This document shows, one piece after another, positions 10,101 to 20,181 of a DNA stretch of 61,489 nucleotides. Below the pieces are notes generated by a model. That model did not search any database, was not told where the DNA came from, and was given only the letters and a program-made list of their open reading frames with translations. Positions within the stretch are counted from its first letter, which is position 1. Each line of letters starts with the position of its first letter. This DNA is from a virus (Duplodnaviria > Caudoviricetes): positions 1 to 61,489 of IMG/VR virus record IMGVR_UViG_3300027687_000008, one strand, 5' to 3'. Position numbers and translations under genes: made by a program.

Positions 10101-12752
10101 CACATTGGTTACCTAGCAGAAAGCGGTGGTATTTTACGTGCTACTAACGGTAACAACTCATACGGAACATTTGGTAGTGTTGCAGAAGGATTTGACTCAA
10201 CAGAAACTCCACAGTTAGCTACAGTTAACAACCAAAGCGGAGAGGCAACAGTAGACGAAGTTTGGTCAACTGGTACTTCAATACTAGCAATAGCATATAA
10301 AAATACAGGTCAATCATATACACAAGCAACAACATCAACTACACAAGCATCAGGTGTTGGTTTAAATATGATATACGATGAATTTAGACAAGGTGGAATT
10401 TCTAAAATTGATTTACAATTACCAGATGACAGTACAAACGTTGGTGGTAGAGGATTTAAATCTTTTGGTAACTCAGCACAAGGTGGCGATTTATCAAGCG
10501 TTATTTTAGCGGCTTCAGAAGTACGAACTAAAGCACAGCTAGTAGGAATGCGTATTGTTATTACTGAAGGTATTGGTGCAGGACAATATGGATGGATTCA
10601 AAATTATAATCCTTCAACATTTACTGCAACAGTTTATAAAGAATCTACAAATACAGCAGGCTGGGATAATATTATTCCAGGAAAATTAAATGCAACAGCA
10701 TTATCAGAAACTACAGTTTACTTTTACGAGCCAAGAGTTAGTGTGACAAGCCCAATATTTAGTAAGTCAAACACTAGTGTACAAACAGGTGCATTAGACA
10801 TAGGGTATAGTCCAAGTATTGGTATGTGGTATTATGCTCCTAGCGGAACAAACGACTTTTATGTTTCCACAGACGGTGCAGTTTGGACACTTAGAGATTT
10901 ACCAGCATACAGTTTAAACTGGACAGGATTTGCAAAAAATGGTCCAGTTATAGCGGCAGTAGCAGACGGTAGTGACAGACTAGTATATTCAAATGATGGT
11001 ATTAACTTTGATCATTCAACACTTCCTGCAAGTACAACTTGGAAGCATGTTGAAATAGGTGGACCTAGCGGAAATACTATTATGGCACTAGCAACAGGAA
11101 GTGCTAACATTTATAAAAATACACTTGATACTGGCGGCGACTCAACACAAGTTCCATCAGGAAGTTGGACTACAGTAGCTACAGGCGGAAGTGCAACTAC
11201 TTGGGTAGGATTAGCATATGGCGCAGGCAAATGGATTGCAATCGCTGAAGATGGTACTACAGTTATTTCAGCAGATAATGGCGTAACTTGGACTACTGGA
11301 GCGGCAGTAACACCTGCATCACCAGAAGTATACAATGACTTAGTATTTGGTAGTAACTGTTGGATTGCAACAATGGCGCAGTCAGATAGAGTTATTTACA
11401 GTGACACTGGAACTACTTGGTCAGACTCACAACTAGTTGGCGACTCAGGCAGAGAAGATTGGAAAATTGGTTATACACAAGGTGTGTTCTTAGCAGTAAG
11501 TTCTACAGGAACTACAGTAAGTTCAGACAATGGGTACGGTTGGACTGTAAGAGAAGTAACAGGAAACTTAACAGCAGTAGCAGGCGGAATTAGAAATAAC
11601 TTGCCAACATGGGTAGGTTTATCAAGTGCAGGATCAGTAGGTAATATTATTACTGGTGGTGCAACAGCATTTGCTAGAGTTAAAGTTAAAGATGGAAAAT
11701 TAAATCAGTTTAATATTTACAATCCAGGTAGTGGATATATTACTCCACCAACAGTAACAGTTCAAGATCCTGAAGAGTACAGTGAGCCGTATTATATTGT
11801 TGATATTAACAACGGTGCATTACCTCAACCAACATTCTATAATAGAGGTACAGGATACCAAAGTGCGATTGTAACAATAACTGGTAATGGTTTTGGCGAA
11901 GAATTACAAATTGGTAACACTATGAAAATTAGTGGACTAAGTTTAGTTCCAGGACCTGGAGCAAACGTAAGATTTACAGGAAGTGATACAATTTATAGAT
12001 TGGTTAAAGTAACTGCACAAAGTGGAACTGCACCAAACATTGAATTAACATTCCAAATTAGTCCAATATTAGGTCGTGCATTAGCTCCAATACATGGAAC
12101 AGGAGTCACTATACGTGAACGTTATAGTAGCTGTAGACTTACAGGACACGACTTCTTAGACATTGGTACTGGTAACTTTAGTAACACTAACTATCCAGGA
12201 CTTTATGTATTTGGACAAAACGCCGCAAATGAAACAAGACAATCAAATGAAGTTGTTGAATCAAACGGTGGACGAGTATTCTACACAAGTACTGACCAAG
12301 ATGGTAACTACAGAGTTGGTGAACTATTTAGAGTTTCACAGGCACAAGGTGGTGTAACATTAAGTGCAGACTTCTTTGACTTAGAAGGGTTAGATGAGTT
12401 AAGACTTGGTGGAATTAGAGTTGGTGGAACACAGGCTGTTATTAGAGAATTTAGTACTGATAATACTTTTGTTGCTAACTCAGACAATATTATTCCTACA
12501 CAAAGAGCATTAAAACTGTATATTGAAAACAGATTTAATGGTGGTGGATCTAATTTGTTTACAAACAAACTAACAGCAGGTCAGCTAGTATTTGAAGACA
12601 CTACATGGTCAAATACAGCTGGAGTAAATATTCCGGACTCACAAGCTAGTGTATTGGTTGATATGACTATTAACGGACCATTAGGCGGTGGATTAGCGGC
12701 ACTTAATATGTTTATGTCGGGCAGAACTGAACGAGATGACTTTAACGGATAA
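7167..12752 (+). CDS. Giant tail fibre/virion protein: Trp-rich CBM5/12-like repeats, beta-helix, Asp-box propeller
   Basis: Repeats W..GT.Y...D.V.YGG..Y.C...HTS; YYVSLNGVDD...PFRTV; S.DG..W Asp-boxes; C-terminal RLTGHDFLDIGTGNFSNTNYPG shared with 12789..17633. Confidence 0.8.
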   Translation: MAEFKLSRIRFNWKGAWAGGSDYIVDDMIEYQGFTYVALKTHTGGTFYNDVAGTDVTPAEPKWIKQSEGKVWKNTWTVGTHYSIGNIVKYGASIYECTESHTSAATFTSGTDGLVADIGKWTLVAVSSADWKYNWTINTLYRTNDLVRYNGKVYKATNQHVSAATTLLGLEANQADWTVLSDSDTWRATWSIGTRYRVNDIVRYGGIVYQCAQGHTSADSIALGLEEDQAKWAVQLDGIEYVTKVYVNEQSGAETIQGIWQAGYRYKKNDIVKRGANLMKCLAGHTSTTGSAGFNTDYGTSKWAIYLPGSEYENVWADNVYYQPGDTVLYGGYIYKAVTFNTALNPSLYATDWNVTFEGYKFRDDWNGEDGASSFVDYKTGDLIRYSGNLYIAIQDNTNLQPDAWPAYWELVIDGRQWRDYWEDNIEYFKGDMVNWEGSTYTCLAYHRSTESASRPDLDVEQPDQNYWKIAVLGTLTNKLARKGDLKTFQDQDSTAIDTLRLPIGAFGQALRSTTGMPDWDTLDLQAKLYYVSLNGVDDATGGGSLNAPFRTVGFAMSYLLADEPNRVGEHAKVQVMSGEFAEILPISIPSKVALVGAELRTTTIRPAVPTEDVVLGEKTYLNGVPQTQIPLIIPSANSLSNMFYVRNGCGIRNCTLKGLTGTLVGPNDYGTSRPTGGAFVSLDPGTGPDDTSVWIANVNNMEYTPTTGTYAPASGVMTLTLPTAQYTPVDGTTYNPSTGQMVLAFATAHGLAVGEEISFANNSLTFTCAKDNFDSNHTYPRVTDPAYGEKRKVVAKTDKTITVNVGVNPDGVYEHRFISSSNNSISWAHNIKIGNTITIDSGSLVWTCAMDSHATDHPYPRTTDPYYNKNILITNVSGNVITMNIGISSNTSAHLFKSATAGAVNLKRIAGGKSTYVQGVTTIGNNCIGMKIDGALHNGGNKSIVANDFTQVLSDGIGYWATNRGRSELVSVFTYYAHIGYLAESGGILRATNGNNSYGTFGSVAEGFDSTETPQLATVNNQSGEATVDEVWSTGTSILAIAYKNTGQSYTQATTSTTQASGVGLNMIYDEFRQGGISKIDLQLPDDSTNVGGRGFKSFGNSAQGGDLSSVILAASEVRTKAQLVGMRIVITEGIGAGQYGWIQNYNPSTFTATVYKESTNTAGWDNIIPGKLNATALSETTVYFYEPRVSVTSPIFSKSNTSVQTGALDIGYSPSIGMWYYAPSGTNDFYVSTDGAVWTLRDLPAYSLNWTGFAKNGPVIAAVADGSDRLVYSNDGINFDHSTLPASTTWKHVEIGGPSGNTIMALATGSANIYKNTLDTGGDSTQVPSGSWTTVATGGSATTWVGLAYGAGKWIAIAEDGTTVISADNGVTWTTGAAVTPASPEVYNDLVFGSNCWIATMAQSDRVIYSDTGTTWSDSQLVGDSGREDWKIGYTQGVFLAVSSTGTTVSSDNGYGWTVREVTGNLTAVAGGIRNNLPTWVGLSSAGSVGNIITGGATAFARVKVKDGKLNQFNIYNPGSGYITPPTVTVQDPEEYSEPYYIVDINNGALPQPTFYNRGTGYQSAIVTITGNGFGEELQIGNTMKISGLSLVPGPGANVRFTGSDTIYRLVKVTAQSGTAPNIELTFQISPILGRALAPIHGTGVTIRERYSSCRLTGHDFLDIGTGNFSNTNYPGLYVFGQNAANETRQSNEVVESNGGRVFYTSTDQDGNYRVGELFRVSQAQGGVTLSADFFDLEGLDELRLGGIRVGGTQAVIREFSTDNTFVANSDNIIPTQRALKLYIENRFNGGGSNLFTNKLTAGQLVFEDTTWSNTAGVNIPDSQASVLVDMTINGPLGGGLAALNMFMSGRTERDDFNG

Positions 12753-12753
12753 T

Positions 12754-12761
12754 GATAAATA
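12754..12761 (+). promoter_or_regulatory. Late promoter (GATAAATA)
   Basis: Intergenic motif followed by SD GGAG and ATG 12789. Confidence 0.65.
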
Positions 12762-12788
12762 TGTATAATATCAAGAACGGAGCAAAAA

Positions 12789-15700
12789 ATGGCAGAATTT
12801 AAGCTAGGTAGAATTAGATTTATTTGGAAGGACTCGTGGACAACAGGAACGAGTTACCTAAAAGATGACGTAATTAGGTACGGTGGACGTACTTATGTTG
12901 CAATTAAGGGACACACTTCTAGTGCTGATTTCTACACAGACGCGACACACTGGAACTTATTCAGTGATGGTACAAAATGGCAAAGTGATTGGTCAAGTGC
13001 AACTTTTTACAAAATTAATGACATCGTAAGATACGGTGGTATTATTTACATTTGTAATACTGGACACACTGCTCAATCAACACTTGAAGCTGATCAATCA
13101 AAATGGGATCAGTTTGCTACATCAATTGACTGGAAAGATAATTGGGTAGCGGCAACAGTTTATAAAGCAAACGACTTGGTAAAATATGGTGGTAACATTT
13201 ATTTGTGTAACACTGGTCACACTGCCGCGGCTAGTAATGCATTAGGACTTGAACAAGATATTTTAAAATGGGATTTGTTCTCAGAAGGCCAAGATTGGAA
13301 ACAAAATTGGGCGGTATCAACACGTTATAAAATTAACGACATTATTAAGTATGGCGGAACACTTTATGTTTGTAATACTGGTCACACTTCAAATGCTACA
13401 GCCGCAAACGGACTTGAAGCAGATCAATCGAAGTGGGATTATTTAAACAAAGGTTTTGAATACTTAGGTGAATGGACAAACCAAACACGTTATAAAGTTA
13501 ACGACATTGTTATATTTGGTGCAACACTTTATATTGCAACAACTCATCATACATCAGTTGTTACTAATAACGATTCACAATTAGGTACACTACAAGCTGA
13601 TATTGCAAATTGGGAAAAGTTTGTTCCAGGATTAGAATTTGAAAATAGTTGGGATCCATTTGAAAGATATCAACCAGGTGACTTTGTAACTTACGGTGGT
13701 AACCAATATGTTGCTAACGATAACGTATACGGAGAAAATCCAGCATCAAGTTCTAAATATGATCTTGTAACTTCAGGATTTAATAATAGAGGTGACTGGG
13801 GAGATGACTCAACTAACCAAGATTACAGAATTGGTGATGTTGTTAGACTAGGTGGTTATACTTACCTAGCTACTGCTGATAACCAAAACCAACGTCCACC
13901 AAACACTACATATTGGTCAAGATTAAACCAAGGTATTGAATGGAAAAATGGATGGACAAGTGCTACATTATACGATGCAGGTGACACAGTACGTGAAGGC
14001 CTAATCAGTTATATTTGTATTCTTGCACATACATCAAGTGGTACTAATAAACCATCAGCAGATACAGATGGCGATTATTGGAATACACTAGCAAGTGGTG
14101 CTGAAGAATCAGCAATTACTACTGAAGGTGATATACTTTATCGTTCAGGAGCAGGACCTGCAAGATTACCAATTGGTTCAGAAGGCCAAGTATTAAGTGT
14201 AAGTTCATCAGGATTACCTGAATGGAGAGACTTTGGTTTAACTCCAGATGTTTATTATGTTGCAACTAACGGCGCAAATAAAAAATTCCCAACAGGCGGC
14301 GCGACACTCGATCGTCCTTGGAAGTCAATTCGTTACGCATGTGAAGAAATTGAAAAAGGACCTAAGAGTCCTAATGCGGCATCACTGTTAGAAGAAAACA
14401 GAATGTTTATAGCATATGAAACTGCTAAATGGGCTAAGAGACAAATCATTACACAGACATCACCATTCTTTATTGGTTTTGCTTTTGATGAAGCTAAGTT
14501 CCAAAGACTAGCAGGTTTTGCTCTAGACGGTATTGTATTAGATCTTAAAAAAGGTGGAAACGTACATACTGTTAGAGTTGCACAAGCAATGAAAGACCAA
14601 ATAAGTCCAGACTACTTTACAACAGGCGGCGAGGCACAAAACGTTGCGGCACTTAACTTTGTAATTACTCTAGTAGAAGATGTACTAGACAGTGCTACTC
14701 CAGCGGCAGACTATCAAGATTTAGATAGTGTTGCGGCAGGTGATAGATACTTACAAATTAAGGATGCTACAAGAGTTGAAGAAGCAACTGCATTAGCAGA
14801 GTTAACAGCAAGTATGGCTATTATTACTTCAGCTGTTACACTAGGTTCAGGATATACAGTTCCAACAGCAAAGAAAACACACAAAGTTGTCTATGTTAAA
14901 ACAGGAACATATACTGAAGTACTTCCAATTAGAGTTCCAGAACTAGTAGCTATAGTTGGTGACGAACTACGTTCAACAAGAGTTGAACCAGCAGGTGTGC
15001 AAACACAAGCCGCGGATACAACTTATTCACTAGCTGGTATTTTGCACATGAAAAGTATCGTTGATGATATTATTGAAGGTACAGCTATTACAAGACAAAC
15101 TGGTAATACACTTACGCAAAATGTTAGTAAGCCTTGGAGTACTAGTGGTGTATCGACTTATGTTGAAAACTTATGTACAGAACTTTATGATCAAATTGAT
15201 TACTTAGTTAACGGAGCATCAGGCGATAGTACAGCACCATTATATAGAGGTGCAAATTCTAGAGTTGATGATCAAACTAAGTTTGCGGCGGCAAGAATAC
15301 TGCATTTGAACAAAGCGTTCATTGGCGAAGATGTAACAAAATACATTAATGTTAACTATCCGTCATATTCGTTTAACGAAGCAACTTGTAAATCAGACGT
15401 TGCACATTATATTGATGCATTTATATATGACTTAATTAATGCAACAGGCGAAGGTAGTAACTATGCTACACTAACAGCAGGATTAATGTATGGTAACAGT
15501 GTAAACGGTTCTGTATTAGAAAACATGTACTTACTAAGAGATGGTACAGGTATTAGAAATCAAACACTTGGCGGATTAACAGGAACATTAAGTTCAGTAA
15601 ATGCTTACGGAACTAAACGTCCAACAGCAGGAGCATACTGTTCATTGGATCCAGGGTGGGGACCAGATGATGACCGTGTATGGATTACATCACGTTCACC

Positions 15701-17633
15701 ATATGTACAAGGTGTAACAAACTTTGGTACTGGTTGTGTAGGACTAAAAATTGATGGTGCATTGCACAACGGTGGTAACGATTCAATTGTTGCTAACGAC
15801 TTTACACAGATCTTAAGTGATGGTATTGGCGCATGGATTACTAATTTAGGTAGAGCTGAACTTGTTTCAGTGTTCTCATACTACGCACACATTGGTTATC
15901 TAGCTGAAAACGGTGGTAAGATACGTGGTACTAATGGTAACTGTTCATATGGTGACAGAGGTGCAGTATCAGAATACATTGATGTTACTGAGATTCCAAC
16001 AACAGGCGGAGTTAATAACAGAAAAACTGAAGCACAAATTGGTAGAGCATTAACAGACGGAACTGCTATTATTCACTTTGAATATACTAACGCTGGTAAC
16101 AACTACTCAAATTCAACTTACACAATTAGTGGAGATGGATATGGTGCAGTAGTAGCTAACGGTAACTATGTAAATAACGGATTGTTTGAAGTTAGATTAC
16201 GTAACCCAGATGATGGATCTAGTTACAATGAAAAAGATACCAACAGTGATGGCTTACTCAACGATGCTGATTCAATAGGTGGTAGAGGTTACTCTAGCAG
16301 TGAAAATACTGCACAGGCAGGTAATACAACTAGTATTACATTGTCAAACACTGAAACAGCTAACAGTACAAAATACGTTGGTATGAGAGTTGTAATTACA
16401 GCAGGTACAGGTGCAGGACAGTATGGATTTATTAGTGCATACAATTCAGGTACTAAAGTTGCAAGTATTGCTAAAGAAAGTGATAACGCGGCAGGCTGGG
16501 AAACATGGCATCCAACTAACGCTGTTGCATCAACACTTGATGCTACAACAGCATACAGTATTGAGCCAAGAATCCAAGTAGTTGGTGGCGGTGGTTCAAA
16601 CGCACAAGTTAGAGCAAAGGTTACAACTGGTAGAATTACACAGTTCTATATTGTTAATCCAGGTAGCGGTTATACAACTACTCCAACACTAACAATTACA
16701 GACCCAAGTGAAACTACTGAAGTTCCATGGGAATGTAGAATTGGTAACGGTGTACTAGCACAACCTACATGGACATCAAGAGGTATAGACTTTGAAACAG
16801 CTGGCGGAACAGTAAGCGGAGATGGATATGCTGACATTTATCAAGCGGCACAGTTTATGAACGTTTACGGAATGAGTGATATTCCAGTTGAAGGTGCAAA
16901 CTTACAACTAGACGGCGATGATAGATTCTTTAAAATTGTGTTTGTTAGAGAACTTTTAGGTAGTGCAGGTAACTATACTGCTAACTTACAAGTATCACCA
17001 GACTTAGGAGTTGAAACTGCTCCAGAGCATGGTACTAACATTACAATTAGAAAGAGATTTAGTCAAGTAAGATTAACAGGACACGACTTCCTAGATATTG
17101 GTACTGGTAACTTCAGTAACACTAACTATCCAGGAACACCTGTTTATGCTAACGATCCAAGTGACGAAGTTACTGAATCAGGCGGAGGTAGAATATTCTA
17201 CACAAGTACTGACCAAGATGGTAACTTTAGAGTAGGTAGATTGTTCAACGTTGAACAGTCAACAGGATCTGCGAGTTTAAATACAAGTGCATTTAGTTTA
17301 GCAGGACTACAAGAATTGTCATTAGGTGCAGTTGGCTTAGGACAAGGCGGCGCTGTTATTAATGAATTTAGCACAGATGGTACATTTAGTGGTAATTCAG
17401 ATAACGTTGTTCCGACACAAAGAGCAATTATTACATACATCAATTCACAGATTGGTGGAGGTAGTAGCTCTCTGAACGTTAACGCAGTTACAGCAGGTAA
17501 AATAAATATTACTGGTAATACAATAGGTACAACCGATAATAGTCCAATTACTGTAACTACGGGAATGAACTTTAACGGCGGTGTAAGTGGAAGTCCAGTT
17601 GCATTTGCGTTCTTTTTAACAAGTAAAACATAA
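12789..17633 (+). CDS. Giant tail fibre/virion protein, paralogue of 7167..12752
   Basis: MAEFKLGRIRFIWK vs MAEFKLSRIRFNWK; same Trp-rich repeats; shared GMKIDGALHNGGN/GLKIDGALHNGGN and FYTSTDQDGN motifs. Confidence 0.8.
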   Translation: MAEFKLGRIRFIWKDSWTTGTSYLKDDVIRYGGRTYVAIKGHTSSADFYTDATHWNLFSDGTKWQSDWSSATFYKINDIVRYGGIIYICNTGHTAQSTLEADQSKWDQFATSIDWKDNWVAATVYKANDLVKYGGNIYLCNTGHTAAASNALGLEQDILKWDLFSEGQDWKQNWAVSTRYKINDIIKYGGTLYVCNTGHTSNATAANGLEADQSKWDYLNKGFEYLGEWTNQTRYKVNDIVIFGATLYIATTHHTSVVTNNDSQLGTLQADIANWEKFVPGLEFENSWDPFERYQPGDFVTYGGNQYVANDNVYGENPASSSKYDLVTSGFNNRGDWGDDSTNQDYRIGDVVRLGGYTYLATADNQNQRPPNTTYWSRLNQGIEWKNGWTSATLYDAGDTVREGLISYICILAHTSSGTNKPSADTDGDYWNTLASGAEESAITTEGDILYRSGAGPARLPIGSEGQVLSVSSSGLPEWRDFGLTPDVYYVATNGANKKFPTGGATLDRPWKSIRYACEEIEKGPKSPNAASLLEENRMFIAYETAKWAKRQIITQTSPFFIGFAFDEAKFQRLAGFALDGIVLDLKKGGNVHTVRVAQAMKDQISPDYFTTGGEAQNVAALNFVITLVEDVLDSATPAADYQDLDSVAAGDRYLQIKDATRVEEATALAELTASMAIITSAVTLGSGYTVPTAKKTHKVVYVKTGTYTEVLPIRVPELVAIVGDELRSTRVEPAGVQTQAADTTYSLAGILHMKSIVDDIIEGTAITRQTGNTLTQNVSKPWSTSGVSTYVENLCTELYDQIDYLVNGASGDSTAPLYRGANSRVDDQTKFAAARILHLNKAFIGEDVTKYINVNYPSYSFNEATCKSDVAHYIDAFIYDLINATGEGSNYATLTAGLMYGNSVNGSVLENMYLLRDGTGIRNQTLGGLTGTLSSVNAYGTKRPTAGAYCSLDPGWGPDDDRVWITSRSPYVQGVTNFGTGCVGLKIDGALHNGGNDSIVANDFTQILSDGIGAWITNLGRAELVSVFSYYAHIGYLAENGGKIRGTNGNCSYGDRGAVSEYIDVTEIPTTGGVNNRKTEAQIGRALTDGTAIIHFEYTNAGNNYSNSTYTISGDGYGAVVANGNYVNNGLFEVRLRNPDDGSSYNEKDTNSDGLLNDADSIGGRGYSSSENTAQAGNTTSITLSNTETANSTKYVGMRVVITAGTGAGQYGFISAYNSGTKVASIAKESDNAAGWETWHPTNAVASTLDATTAYSIEPRIQVVGGGGSNAQVRAKVTTGRITQFYIVNPGSGYTTTPTLTITDPSETTEVPWECRIGNGVLAQPTWTSRGIDFETAGGTVSGDGYADIYQAAQFMNVYGMSDIPVEGANLQLDGDDRFFKIVFVRELLGSAGNYTANLQVSPDLGVETAPEHGTNITIRKRFSQVRLTGHDFLDIGTGNFSNTNYPGTPVYANDPSDEVTESGGGRIFYTSTDQDGNFRVGRLFNVEQSTGSASLNTSAFSLAGLQELSLGAVGLGQGGAVINEFSTDGTFSGNSDNVVPTQRAIITYINSQIGGGSSSLNVNAVTAGKINITGNTIGTTDNSPITVTTGMNFNGGVSGSPVAFAFFLTSKT

Positions 17634-17635
17634 TG

Positions 17636-17643
17636 GCTAAATA
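17636..17643 (+). promoter_or_regulatory. Late promoter (GCTAAATA)
   Basis: Motif before SD AGGAG and ATG 17663. Confidence 0.55.
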
Positions 17644-17662
17644 CTAACATAGGAGTAATAAA

Positions 17663-17989
17663 ATGGCATCAGGAATATTAGGATCAAGCGATCTTACAGC
17701 AAATACAAATACTACGATCTATACAGTACCTGCTGATACATATAGTGTTGTTACTGTGAACTTTTGTAACAGAGGTTCAAACACAACCAACATTAGATTA
17801 TCAACAAGTACTGGAGATTCACCAGGAGCGGCAGAATACTTAGAGTATGATGTATCCGTTGGTCCAAATGGCGTACTAGAAAGAACTGGTATTGTAATTG
17901 ACGCAACTAAAAAAGTTGTGGTAAGATCGAGTCAGTCATCTGTAACCTCAATGGTTATGGGTATTGAAACAGCCGTACCGGCGGCATAA
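17663..17989 (+). CDS. Small virion protein
   Basis: SD AGGAG; similar to 6454..6783. Confidence 0.65.
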   Translation: MASGILGSSDLTANTNTTIYTVPADTYSVVTVNFCNRGSNTTNIRLSTSTGDSPGAAEYLEYDVSVGPNGVLERTGIVIDATKKVVVRSSQSSVTSMVMGIETAVPAA

Positions 17990-18009
17990 CATAAGGATAG
18001 GATAAAGCA

Positions 18010-18459
18010 ATGGGAAGAAGATTATCAGTAGGTTCACCAGGTTTAACTGTCCCTTTTGGAACTACGGCACAAAGAACAGACAATGCTGGAGCAGGAGCAC
18101 TAAGATTTAATACTGAGTTAACAAACTTAGAATTATACAATGGTACTGCTTGGCTACCAGTAGGCGTTCTTAATGGCGTGACAGTAACAACAACATATTC
18201 GGCACAATCAGGACAACAGTTGTTCTGTGACACTAACGGTGGCGGCTTTACAGTTACTTTACCAGGTAGTCCAGCAGTGGGTGATATCGTAAGATTCTTC
18301 GACTTAAGAAAAACTTTTGATTCCAATGCGTTGACACTAGGTAGAAACAGTAAACTAATACAAGGTGATAGTGCAGACTTAACTGTCAATTCAGAAGGCG
18401 CGGCTTTTGATATTGTTTATTCGGGCGATAGCTACGGATGGCGTATCTTTACTGTATAA
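18010..18459 (+). CDS. Small tail-fibre-related protein (gp34 proximal-fibre-like repeat)
   Basis: TVTLPGSPAVGDIVRFFD...NALTLGRN...IQG resembles the T4 gp34 N-terminal repeat; VPFGTTAQR...GALRFNT motif. Confidence 0.6.
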   Translation: MGRRLSVGSPGLTVPFGTTAQRTDNAGAGALRFNTELTNLELYNGTAWLPVGVLNGVTVTTTYSAQSGQQLFCDTNGGGFTVTLPGSPAVGDIVRFFDLRKTFDSNALTLGRNSKLIQGDSADLTVNSEGAAFDIVYSGDSYGWRIFTV

Positions 18460-18480
18460 AGAATTATTAAGGAAACGTAG

Positions 18481-19320
18481 ATGGCAACATACAGCAGTTA
18501 TAAGAAGATTACTTCGGAAGGAATACCAGATGGATCTATTACTAGATCTAAGCTGACTCCTGGAGCAGGCGCTTGTCGTAGAACACAATGGGTGTTTAAC
18601 GAGCGTGGTATGCAATGCCATATGTGTGCTAGAAATAGTGGCTGTTGTCAACAGGCAAATGGTAGATGTTGTTACTGGTGTGCACCAGACAATGTTTATA
18701 AAGTAACATTTGAAATCTGGGGCGGTGGCGGCGGTGGTCCAGGACACACATGTTGTAACTGTTGTTCTTTTGCTATTGGCGGAGCAGGTGGTAACTATGC
18801 AATACAAACGGTAGATACTCAACCAGGATGTCAATATAGTGTTTGTGCAGGCGGAAGTTGGCCATGTGGTAAGTCACATACTTGTTCAGCGGGCATGGGT
18901 TGTAAATCCTATGTTAACGGAGCCAATCTAAGTAACTTTTGTGTTACTGGTGCATGTGGCGGTTGGATGTGTAATGGAGACGCATGGGGTCAAAGACATG
19001 CTGTATCAAACTGTGCTAACTGTTTAATTTGTGGAATATTTGGTGCTGACTTCGGAATGATGGGCGGCATGGGTATGAAAGCAGGTACAACAACTTGTAG
19101 ATGTCACGGACAAACAGGTTGGTCAGGAGCGGCCGCAGGTATGGGAGTATACGCAGGTACAACTACTAATGAAGCATGGTGTGCTTGTGGATGTCATATT
19201 GTTTGGCCATCAGGTGGCGGAGTTCCTGGAACATCTAGTTACTGTGGTAACTGGGCAAAATGTTGTTCAGGCGGATCAGGTCAAGGCGGATCTGGCATAG
19301 TAAAGATAACGTTTGTATAA
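18481..19320 (+). CDS. Cys/Gly-rich putative fibre-tip (adhesin-like) protein, paralogue 1
   Basis: 31 Cys counted in 279 aa; W..P.....VTFEIWGGGGGG...GGAGGNY...GGSGIVKITF glycine-rich domain pattern; SD AAGGA. Confidence 0.7.
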   Translation: MATYSSYKKITSEGIPDGSITRSKLTPGAGACRRTQWVFNERGMQCHMCARNSGCCQQANGRCCYWCAPDNVYKVTFEIWGGGGGGPGHTCCNCCSFAIGGAGGNYAIQTVDTQPGCQYSVCAGGSWPCGKSHTCSAGMGCKSYVNGANLSNFCVTGACGGWMCNGDAWGQRHAVSNCANCLICGIFGADFGMMGGMGMKAGTTTCRCHGQTGWSGAAAGMGVYAGTTTNEAWCACGCHIVWPSGGGVPGTSSYCGNWAKCCSGGSGQGGSGIVKITFV

Positions 19321-19332
19321 GGAAAGAAAATA

Positions 19333-20169
19333 ATGGCAACATACGCAAGTTATAAAACATTAACAGCAGACAACTTCCAAGACAATAGTATTACAGCGGC
19401 TAAACTAGGTGCAGGCGCAGGTAACAAATATTGTGTACAATGGGTTTACAATGAACGTGGCATGTATTGTCAAGCATGTTCAGATGCTGGCGACTGTTGC
19501 GAACAAGCAAATGGTAAGTGTTGTTACTGGACAGTTCCAGCTAACACTTCAAAAGTAGTATTCGAAATTTGGTCAGGTGGAGGCGCAGGTGCAGGTGGTA
19601 CTTGTTGTAGTAACTGTCAGTCTTCAGCAGGTGGATCAGGCGGTAACTACGCAGTAAAAACTATTAGTACGTGTCCAGGTTGTACATATTCAGTATGTGC
19701 AGGAGGATCATGGCCTTGCAGTAAATCACATACTTGTGTAGCAGGTATGGGTTGTAAGAGTTATGTAAACGGACACAATTTAAGTAATTTTTGTACAGTA
19801 GGTGGATGTCCAGGTTGGATGTGTAACGGTGGTGCATGGGGACCAAACCACACACAAACATGTGCAAACTGTTTAATTTGCGGAATTTTTGGAGCAGACT
19901 TTGGAATCATGGGATCAACCGGAGTAACAGGCGGACACGGTGGATGTCAATGTAAATCAGCAGACTGGGGAATGTCAGGATCAGCACCTTTTGTAGGTAA
20001 ACATAGTGCAGGTGCAAACGCAGAAGCGTGGTGTAACTGTGCATGTTATGTTAACTGGCCAGCAGGCGGCGGACAAACAGGACAGAGTTCATATTGTGGT
20101 AACTGGGCAAAATGTTGTTCAGGTGGTAATATGGGCGGATCAGGCATGGTAAGAATAACATTCGCATAG
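19333..20169 (+). CDS. Cys/Gly-rich putative fibre-tip protein, paralogue 2
   Basis: Colinear with paralogue 1; ~30 Cys; MATYASYK start. Confidence 0.7.
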   Translation: MATYASYKTLTADNFQDNSITAAKLGAGAGNKYCVQWVYNERGMYCQACSDAGDCCEQANGKCCYWTVPANTSKVVFEIWSGGGAGAGGTCCSNCQSSAGGSGGNYAVKTISTCPGCTYSVCAGGSWPCSKSHTCVAGMGCKSYVNGHNLSNFCTVGGCPGWMCNGGAWGPNHTQTCANCLICGIFGADFGIMGSTGVTGGHGGCQCKSADWGMSGSAPFVGKHSAGANAEAWCNCACYVNWPAGGGQTGQSSYCGNWAKCCSGGNMGGSGMVRITFA

Positions 20170-20181
20170 TAAGGATAAGAA

